Shown here: positions 56,722 to 64,000 of the stretch, in pieces
Numbering within the stretch: position 1 is the first letter of the stretch
Layout: every line of letters begins with the position of its first letter
IMG/VR virus record: IMGVR_UViG_3300028920_000055
Span: 1-64,000 of that record
Strand: one strand, 5' to 3'
Length of the DNA: 64,000 bases
Source: a virus
Notes under the pieces: generated by a model
Database searches by the model: none
What the model saw: the letters and a program-made list of their open reading frames with translations, nothing else
What the model was told of the DNA's origin: nothing
Translations under genes and position numbers: made by a program

Positions 56722-57185
56722 GTGTATCATACGATTTAGAATTAGTCAAAGCGATTAAGGCTTTATTTGTTGCCGATAATGTTGATCCAGACGCATCAAA
56801 TAATGAGCTATGTATACACTCATTTGTTGCTGATAGAATCGTCCAAGGTGATGTGCCGCTTCAAGATGTCGATCTGCCGCAAATTTCTATATCTGTTACA
56901 GTTGGACCAGGTGTAGAAGAAGGTTTACCGGCAGAGCACGCAATGATGGACATCAAAGCTTGGTATCCACGTACCACTGCTGGTGCTTCTTTATCTGTTT
57001 CAAGATGCGGAGCAAGAATAAGAGGATTGTTGGATCACAAGCCTCAAGTGGTTTTTCAATACAATTCTGCTTTGCATTGCTATTTACTTGATCGGATAGA
57101 TGGAAGTAAGTACTTGGGTGAGGAAGAAGAGTGTTACGTGTACCAAAATCTCTTTGATGTCGTCATGGAAAGGTCATTCTCTTAA
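56718..57185 (+). CDS. tail terminator protein
   Basis: Position; V.DRI..G..P.....P.I. Confidence 0.6.
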   Translation: MSVSYDLELVKAIKALFVADNVDPDASNNELCIHSFVADRIVQGDVPLQDVDLPQISISVTVGPGVEEGLPAEHAMMDIKAWYPRTTAGASLSVSRCGARIRGLLDHKPQVVFQYNSALHCYLLDRIDGSKYLGEEEECYVYQNLFDVVMERSFS

Positions 57186-57206
57186 TCATGATCATAGGAG
57201 AATAAC

Positions 57207-57662
57207 ATGTCAGTCCAATTCGGATTGGCCATCATGCGCTTGGATTCTGTGACTCTGGGTTATATGCAGGGTGTGTCGCTCGATTTTAATTTCGAGCAAG
57301 CACTGTTGTATAGCGGGTCTCAGATTTTCCCTGTAGACGTTCGAGTTCACACTGGAAGCATTGCTGGTAATGCTGAATTTGCGGATTTGAACGCCTTGGG
57401 AATTCACAAGCTAATTGGCGGCACAAGATCCAGCTATGGCGTTATCACTCTGACATCCACTTCATATCCCGGCACGTGGGAATGTTTGTTACACATGACC
57501 ACGGATAACAAGACGTTCCGTATCGTGTTGGAGAAATGCAGGAGTACCAAGTTGAGTTTCGCTTGGGCAAGGGATGCTCACATTATTCCCAACTTCGATT
57601 TTCAAGCGTTCGATGATGGCTCCGGTAACATTGGAACCATCACGCTTGAGGATGTTTCGTGA
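57207..57662 (+). CDS. major tail (tube) protein
   Basis: Position before chaperone and TMP, beta-rich, no sheath gene present. Confidence 0.65.
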   Translation: MSVQFGLAIMRLDSVTLGYMQGVSLDFNFEQALLYSGSQIFPVDVRVHTGSIAGNAEFADLNALGIHKLIGGTRSSYGVITLTSTSYPGTWECLLHMTTDNKTFRIVLEKCRSTKLSFAWARDAHIIPNFDFQAFDDGSGNIGTITLEDVS

Positions 57663-57678
57663 TGATTGCCTCCTGCTA

Positions 57679-57742
57679 AGGTGAGGATGGGCGATGAAGC
57701 TCGGTTAATGGTCTGGCCTTGTGGATTCGCCCATCTTATTTT
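57679..57742 (+). terminator. stem-loop after tail tube gene
   Basis: GAGGATGGGCGA...TCGCCCATCTTATTTT. Confidence 0.55.
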
Positions 57743-57777
57743 ATCTCGTCAAATCAGACCACGTTGAGAGGGACATT

Positions 57778-58236
57778 ATGTTAAAGAAAGATGATTTTGA
57801 AGAGTTGGAAGCCATTGTTGGCGAAACCAAAAAAGTCAAAGTAAGAGGGAAAATTTGGAAGATCACGGCATGTCCACTGTCTGATATTCCGACATTACAG
57901 AAATTGATCCGGCAATTTGAAAGTCTCAACAATGAAGAAGTCATTATGGAAAGGGGACGTGTTCTAATGGCGGAAATCATTTGGCATGGTATAAAAGAGG
58001 AACACTCCAAGGAAGTTGAGAAAGAAAAGGTAATGGATCATTTCACATTAGGAGCTTTTCCAGTAATTCTTAACATTATGCTGGATCTGAATGATTTTTT
58101 ATCAGGCATGCGGGAAGTGAGGAATCTGGGCCAAGCCGGAGCGAATCTCGCCGCTCCAAGCGGAAGTTTGGAATCAATGTTGCCGATGGAAAAATCAAGG
58201 GCCAACCGTGGCGCGAACTCAAAGAAGAAGAAATAA
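57778..58236 (+). CDS. tail assembly chaperone (gpG-like)
   Basis: Position before TMP; slippery T-TTT-TTA at 58095-58101. Confidence 0.7.
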   Translation: MLKKDDFEELEAIVGETKKVKVRGKIWKITACPLSDIPTLQKLIRQFESLNNEEVIMERGRVLMAEIIWHGIKEEHSKEVEKEKVMDHFTLGAFPVILNIMLDLNDFLSGMREVRNLGQAGANLAAPSGSLESMLPMEKSRANRGANSKKKK

Positions 58237-58664
58237 GAAATCTAACAGAGCGCCAACAGATAAAGTATGAGGTGTTAAGAGCACAACATCGAGCAAGTGA
58301 AGTAAGAAAGGCGATACCAAGCAGTGAAAGAATAAGTTACAAACGATTGTTTTATGTTCTGGCTACCGAATGTGGCTGGACCATTGATTATATAGCAGGT
58401 CTTAAATCTAAACAAATAAGATTGTTTTGGGAAGGAAGGAAAGATCATTTTGAATCGTTGGAGAAGTCCAAAGGTGAAGTAGAAACAAGGAAATCTAATT
58501 TAAGCAACCAACTACAGTCGGCTTCTGGTGGAAAATTTAAAAAACCATTTCCGAAGTCACGGGCCATGGCTGTACCGCCAACTCCTGATATAACAGATAC
58601 GAAAGATATGTTAAGATCGGGAATGTTTAAGGTCGGTGACATGAGGAAGAAGAAAAATGGCTAA
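58095..58664 (+). CDS. tail assembly chaperone -1 frameshift extension (gpGT-like)
   Basis: The -1 frame opens right after TGA 58092-58094 and runs to 58664; LA.E.GWT.DYI..L motif. Confidence 0.75.
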   Translation, partial: FFIRHAGSEESGPSRSESRRSKRKFGINVADGKIKGQPWRELKEEEIRNLTERQQIKYEVLRAQHRASEVRKAIPSSERISYKRLFYVLATECGWTIDYIAGLKSKQIRLFWEGRKDHFESLEKSKGEVETRKSNLSNQLQSASGGKFKKPFPKSRAMAVPPTPDITDTKDMLRSGMFKVGDMRKKKNG

Positions 58665-61600
58665 GAAACGATACACAGTTGCCGAATTAGTTGTAACAGT
58701 CAAAGGCGATGTAACAAGCCTTGTCAATGAACTTGACAAGGGTGTCTCCGATATAAAGAAATTTTCAGGAGACATGACCCGCGTTAATCGTGATTTGGTT
58801 AAGGTTGGTGCGGGAATGACAGTTGCTGCCGGAGCTATTATCGGGGCCGGAGCCGCAGCTGTTAAAGTGTTTGCTGATTTGGAACAATCGATAGCGAACA
58901 CTGCCTCAGTTACCGGCGATACATCAAGAGGTCTGAAGGAACTTGAAGCCTTTGCTCGTAAGATGGGCCGTACAACTATTTATACGGCTACACAAGCGGG
59001 CGAGGCTATGTATTATCTTGCCTCTGCTGGTTATAATGCTCAACAGATTTTTGATGGTTTAGAGGGCATCCTTGCTCTTGCCGCCGCTACACAATTCGAT
59101 CTTGCCGAAACGACCGCCACAGTAGTTTCTACATTACGTGCTTTTAATATGGAGGCTTCAGAAGCCTCAAGGGTGGCCAACGTATTTGCCGCCGCTATAT
59201 CTTCATCTCAGGCGACAATGTTTAAATTGTCGGAGTCTATGAAATACGTGGCTCCAGTTTTCGCCAGCTTAGATTGGAATATCGAATCTACAGTTGCTGC
59301 CTTATCTAAATTGTATGACAGTGGTCTCGAAGCCTCTATGTCAGGTACACAATTGCGTATGGCCATGACAAGGCTTCAAAAGCCTACCAGAGCCGCCCGT
59401 CAAGCCATTTCCGATCTTGGTGTAAAATTTAATGATTTGGATCCAGCCGCCAATAGTCTTGTTGACATTATATGGGCACTGGAAGAAGCCAACGCCGGAG
59501 CCGCCGAAAAAGGAAGGCTCATGTCAGAGATTTTCGGTGTTCGTTCTAAGAACGCAATGACTATCCTTGTAAGGACTGGAAGTTCTGCGCTTGCCGAAAT
59601 GGTAGACAATATTACAAATACTACCAAAGCCGCTGATATGCAGCAACGTCAGATTGATACGTTGAAAGGTACTTGGAGGCTGATGACATCAGCATTACAA
59701 GAAACATCTATTATTATCGGAACCAATTTGGAACCGGCTCTTAAAGCCATAATGGAGTCGATACGTCAATTGAATCTTTCGTTCAGTGCTTTACCCGATT
59801 TTGTTAAAACGATAATTGTAGGATTTACAGCACTTTCGGCTGTATTTTTAGCTGTGGGCGGGGCAGTTACTATGATTGTTGGTAACTTACCAAGATTAAT
59901 TGAAGGGTTGACTTTATTGAGAGCTGTGGCCGCAGGATTAGGATGGCAAATATCAGCGGTAACTGTTGGTATTATGGCATTGTTGGCTGCTTTCGGATAT
60001 TTGGCTTCTGCTCAAGAGAGGCAAAAGCGGCTGTTTGAAGAGAACATTTTGGAAATGAAGAATGCTATCAATTTGCGGAGAAAAGAAGAAAAAGCTATTG
60101 TTAATTCTGTAAAACAGTTAGAAAAATTGGTAGATGTACAAGAGGATAATAAAACGCTCTATGGACAGCAACAAAGAGCTATCAATAGGCTTAACAGTGT
60201 CGTACCTGGTCTTGTAGATAAAAATAAAAGTCTTGCGGAACAAATGGACAAGCTAAAAGACGCAGCAAATGAAGCCGAAAAAGAAGTTGAGGAATTGGGA
60301 GATCAATTGGAACGTGTGGAGGGTATTAAATTAAAGCGCACACTTTCTGAAAACAGAGAAGAAATAAAGAAATTGGAAGAGGATTTAAGAACTGGTGCAG
60401 GGTTGAAAGATTGGGTAAATGATGCTAAAGAATTCAAGTTAGAATCTTCTATGGTTCCGAAGGATTGGGATCATTTACAGAAAACAATGAATGGCGTATC
60501 CAAAGGTGCTTTCAAGAACATATTGGAAAATTCGAAATCTATATCTATACTTAATAGAGGTATTGGTGTAGACGTATCGAAATACAGAGATAATATGGAA
60601 AAAATTGCTTATGACGGTACAACTTATACTAATTTATTGGAGTATCAAGATCGGCTTTCAGATACAAGATTGGATGCTCAACAGAAATTTTTTGAACTCC
60701 AAGATAAACTTAACAATAGAAGCGAAAGCATGACATCTTATGAAGCCGAGCAACTTGTGCTTCTACAAAGAGAATATGCGATATTAAAAATGATGGACGA
60801 TGTTACTGCTGAAACTGTAAATAAAGTCGATACAATAAGGCAATTGAGACAAGAAAACAAAGAAATAGAAGAAGGAACAAAACCAACTGAAGAAGTTGAT
60901 GGTGAAGGTGGAGAGGATGAAAAATTGGCGAGACAACGAGAAGCATTGGAATTGGAGATTGCTGCTTATGGAGCCAAGAACAGGAGAGAAGTCAGAGAAA
61001 AGGAGCTTAAAAAATGGGAAAATACAATGAGGAATCGTCTTCATGAGCTTCAAATGGACGAAACTGAACTGAATAGAGTGGTGGCTATTAAAAAGAAAGA
61101 AATTGAAAGAGAAGCGGCTATTGATATAGCCACATACGAAAAAATGGTAATGATGAAAACCAGCAAAGATATATTTCAATCAAAGATAGCTGAATTAGAT
61201 ATATGGGTGGAACAAGCTGTTGAAAGAGGAAGGGAAGTTGGTTTAAGCGAGGCGGAATCTCGTATCAATGCTGAAAAAGCCTATGCTGCTGAAAAATTAA
61301 GAATTGAAAGAGATATTAATCAAGCAATCGAAAAAATGTCAAAAGATGTAAGTCTCGAATTACAAGAGGCAAGACTTGACAGTATTCGTAATACACAAGA
61401 GAGAGCTATAGCAGAGGAACAGTTAAAATATAATCAGGAAATAGCCAGTGCTAAATATGCTCTCAATGAAGAAACAAAAGCTGTTGAACAAGGATTAATA
61501 ACCAAAGAGCAAGTCCAACAGAATTATAGAAGTAGGATGGAGGCGGCTGAAGCGTCTCATACGGAAAGATTGAGACAATTGAATTATGATTATACAATGC

Positions 61601-62790
61601 AAGTGGAAAATGATCGTGCTACTTTGGCGGCGAGAATTAAAGAGATACAAGCCAAAACAGATACAAGCTCTCTTTACCAAAGAGACATCGAAATGTTAAG
61701 AGCCGCTAATATTGAAAAACTTAACAGTGTAGATCAATATTATGCTCAATTAATGGAGAAATATGTTGGAGACGAAGAAACAATAATTGATCTTGAAAAG
61801 AAACACAATGCTGAAAGAGAAGCCGCCAAAGATGAACTTAATGATAACATATTAGCTTTGCAAGTTGAATATGAAGTAAGGCGGCTTGAGATCGAGCTTG
61901 CTGGATTGGATAAAGACGATAGGATGTACAAAAAGAGATTGGAGCAACATAAAGAATTTTTAGAAAATAAATTGGAACAAATGAAAACTTACGGTGAAGG
62001 TAGAGAGGAAGTGGAAGAGGAATTAAATGCCACAGAAGAAGATTTGGAAGATCAAAGGAAAAGACGTGAAAAGAGAATCGAAAAACACGCCGCAAAGACA
62101 TTTGAGCTTATTGAAAAGGCGGCTGTAGCTTCTTCTGTTGGTCAAGCGGATGCTTGGAGAGAAGCGGCAAAAGAATATATCGCCCTACAGGCAGCATCAC
62201 TCAAAGGTGAGATTATATTAAAACTTGCCAAAGATACTGCTTCTTTTAATTGGTTTGGCGTAGCTAAGTGGACAGCTGCTTACGCCGCTGTAACTGCTGC
62301 TGAACATGCTGCTTATGCTTTATTGGGTAAAAGACAAAGACCAACTGCAGCTTATGGTGGAGAAATAGAAAGTGGTGGAGAGGCTTGGGTACACCCTGGA
62401 GAATGGATATTTCCAAGAGGTGTTGTAAATGAATTGAAGGGGGCAAATATAACAAGAAAGCCATGGCATGAATATCGCAATACTATGGCTGAAGGATTGA
62501 ATTTACCAATATCTTCTAATCCTATGGCTAATGCAGGAGCAGTTGGTGGAACAAATGAAGTTATAAAACAACAAGAAAGAACTGTTAATATTAAATTCGA
62601 AATAGACGCCAATGGTGCCATAATAACTCCTGCTAATGTGGATGAACAAGATGCTTTTTATGAGAGAATAATAAAGCCAGCAGAAGAAAGATTTAAAGAA
62701 GCCATTGGTGAAATGGAAGATAATTCTCAACACGGCGATCCTATTGGTTATTTGGATAGTTTTCACAGTCTTATAGTTAAAAAACTTTGA
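58657..62790 (+). CDS. tape measure protein (TP901 family)
   Basis: T.YTATQAGEAMYYLASAG, L.LAAA, MKYVAPV, GTQLR; long helical body. Confidence 0.92.
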   Translation: MAKKRYTVAELVVTVKGDVTSLVNELDKGVSDIKKFSGDMTRVNRDLVKVGAGMTVAAGAIIGAGAAAVKVFADLEQSIANTASVTGDTSRGLKELEAFARKMGRTTIYTATQAGEAMYYLASAGYNAQQIFDGLEGILALAAATQFDLAETTATVVSTLRAFNMEASEASRVANVFAAAISSSQATMFKLSESMKYVAPVFASLDWNIESTVAALSKLYDSGLEASMSGTQLRMAMTRLQKPTRAARQAISDLGVKFNDLDPAANSLVDIIWALEEANAGAAEKGRLMSEIFGVRSKNAMTILVRTGSSALAEMVDNITNTTKAADMQQRQIDTLKGTWRLMTSALQETSIIIGTNLEPALKAIMESIRQLNLSFSALPDFVKTIIVGFTALSAVFLAVGGAVTMIVGNLPRLIEGLTLLRAVAAGLGWQISAVTVGIMALLAAFGYLASAQERQKRLFEENILEMKNAINLRRKEEKAIVNSVKQLEKLVDVQEDNKTLYGQQQRAINRLNSVVPGLVDKNKSLAEQMDKLKDAANEAEKEVEELGDQLERVEGIKLKRTLSENREEIKKLEEDLRTGAGLKDWVNDAKEFKLESSMVPKDWDHLQKTMNGVSKGAFKNILENSKSISILNRGIGVDVSKYRDNMEKIAYDGTTYTNLLEYQDRLSDTRLDAQQKFFELQDKLNNRSESMTSYEAEQLVLLQREYAILKMMDDVTAETVNKVDTIRQLRQENKEIEEGTKPTEEVDGEGGEDEKLARQREALELEIAAYGAKNRREVREKELKKWENTMRNRLHELQMDETELNRVVAIKKKEIEREAAIDIATYEKMVMMKTSKDIFQSKIAELDIWVEQAVERGREVGLSEAESRINAEKAYAAEKLRIERDINQAIEKMSKDVSLELQEARLDSIRNTQERAIAEEQLKYNQEIASAKYALNEETKAVEQGLITKEQVQQNYRSRMEAAEASHTERLRQLNYDYTMQVENDRATLAARIKEIQAKTDTSSLYQRDIEMLRAANIEKLNSVDQYYAQLMEKYVGDEETIIDLEKKHNAEREAAKDELNDNILALQVEYEVRRLEIELAGLDKDDRMYKKRLEQHKEFLENKLEQMKTYGEGREEVEEELNATEEDLEDQRKRREKRIEKHAAKTFELIEKAAVASSVGQADAWREAAKEYIALQAASLKGEIILKLAKDTASFNWFGVAKWTAAYAAVTAAEHAAYALLGKRQRPTAAYGGEIESGGEAWVHPGEWIFPRGVVNELKGANITRKPWHEYRNTMAEGLNLPISSNPMANAGAVGGTNEVIKQQERTVNIKFEIDANGAIITPANVDEQDAFYERIIKPAEERFKEAIGEMEDNSQHGDPIGYLDSFHSLIVKKL

Positions 62791-62797
62791 GGAAATA

Positions 62798-64000
62798 ATG
62801 CAAACAGTAAGCGATGAATCATTAGTCCAACAAGAGAATCAAGTAACTCCTGTTCACCACGCAGATTGTTACGCTTATAAGCAATGGGTTGGATATATTA
62901 CGGATACAGCTGCCGGATCAATAACTGTGCTCGGTGATGCTACCAGTTTTGTATCAACAGGAGATGAAATTATAATAAGTAGTTCCAATCTTAACATAGA
63001 TTATGAAGTTGAATCTGTATCTTATAATGAGACCACAGGTGAGACTACAATTACTTGTGATGGATTGGGAGATTTAGGTGTTAATATTCCGAATGGTGAC
63101 TATTTTTATTTAAAAAAAGATTTAACAGAATATTTAATCAACGATGGAATAGGTGATATTCGAAAAGAATTTGAATCAAAAACATTTGGTACATTAAGAC
63201 CCTGGCAAGTAAATCTTCAGTTTATTGATGATGGATATGATTATCTTTTGACTGGAACGAGATTAAGTCCACAATTCTTTTTTAAAGACGTATATACATC
63301 AACTGTAATTAGTGCTACTGATGTCGGGAATTTTACCCAAATCGATCTTAACGAACATACTTATGAATTGTTTAATACAAATCTATTAAAACAATATGAA
63401 ATAAGGATATTGAATGGTAAGGCTCGTAATCAAAAAGCAAAAATATGTAAAGTGTCTGCAATATTTAAGAGAATTTGGGTATATGGTAATTTTGGAGATA
63501 CTATCAAGGAAGGTGATAGTATCTCTATCAATATGCAAAATAAATTTATGTTTAAAATTAGATTTGGTATGAAAGGATTTCCATCAGATCGATTAAACAT
63601 ATTTTTTGGTATGGCTTATCCAAAAACCATTACAAGAGCGAATAGAAGAGTTGATGTAATAGCATATAGTTTCGTGAAAGATTGGGAAGCCAGATATGCT
63701 TGGCAAGTATCACGTGAAACCAATAGATTTGCTAAAATTCCTGGAATTAAAGTATATTCTTACGATACCAATTTAAAATCTTATGGAGAAGAAAGACTTG
63801 TTAAAGTGAAATATAAATTTCCAGATGGATCATTGCAAGGTGTTACAGGGGTAAGTATTAAAGAGGCTTCTGTTGACGTTGGAACGAAAGCAAGATTGTT
63901 AAGGTTCAAAAGGCCAAATTATTTACAATGGGATGGTGGAAGTTGGACACAAAAGGCATCTGAAGCAGATGCTCAAACTCTTACAGCATCTGATAGTTCT
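62798..64000 (+). CDS. distal tail/baseplate protein (3' truncated, not in ORF track)
   Basis: GAGG RBS, ATG 62798, MQTVSDESLVQQENQ... apparently open to the window end, directly after TMP. Confidence 0.6.
   Translation, partial: MQTVSDESLVQQENQVTPVHHADCYAYKQWVGYITDTAAGSITVLGDATSFVSTGDEIIISSSNLNIDYEVESVSYNETTGETTITCDGLGDLGVNIPNGDYFYLKKDLTEYLINDGIGDIRKEFESKTFGTLRPWQVNLQFIDDGYDYLLTGTRLSPQFFFKDVYTSTVISATDVGNFTQIDLNEHTYELFNTNLLKQYEIRILNGKARNQKAKICKVSAIFKRIWVYGNFGDTIKEGDSISINMQNKFMFKIRFGMKGFPSDRLNIFFGMAYPKTITRANRRVDVIAYSFVKDWEARYAWQVSRETNRFAKIPGIKVYSYDTNLKSYGEERLVKVKYKFPDGSLQGVTGVSIKEASVDVGTKARLLRFKRPNYLQWDGGSWTQKASEADAQTLTASDSS

Noticed and set aside
1-64000. Alternative genetic code, archaeal host or integrated prophage
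   Set aside because: Core genes are intact under code 11 with all three stops in use; promoters and boxA are bacterial; no integrase, att site or host genes are seen in the window

Overview
This window is a 64-kb slice of a large, probably lytic, long-tailed (siphovirus-like) bacteriophage genome. Essentially all credible genes are on the + strand. From left to right: (1) the end of a replication/recombination module (SbcC/Rad50-like ATPase, XRE regulator, RuvC-like resolvase, DUF550 dNTP pyrophosphohydrolase next to a glycosyltransferase-like gene), 1-6.1 kb; (2) a compositionally distinct putative early/terminal island, about 6.2-16.4 kb, with an A/C-skewed block of small unknown genes and a 2.2-kb restricted-vocabulary block holding two single-gene cassettes; (3) an aberrant tRNA(CAT) and many small accessory genes (DenV-like glycosylase, PD-(D/E)XK nuclease, sulfotransferase, GT2), 16.7-28 kb; (4) a morphogenesis region (TerS, membrane/secreted proteins, TerL, portal, ChaB-protease, scaffold, major capsid, neck, tail tube, frameshifted tail chaperone, tape measure). 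The morphogenesis region is interrupted directly after the capsid gene by an 11-kb cluster of glycosyltransferases, methyltransferases, a DegT aminotransferase and a GNAT acetyltransferase. The most notable observations are: two mRNAs built like pre-rRNA (strong promoter, boxA, ORF enclosed by a long 5'/3' stem, terminator); an exactly spaced tripartite DNA motif bracketing the early block; the capsid-embedded glycan-synthesis island; and a tRNA(CAT) with an oversized variable arm. All family assignments come from motif recognition by eye, not database searches.
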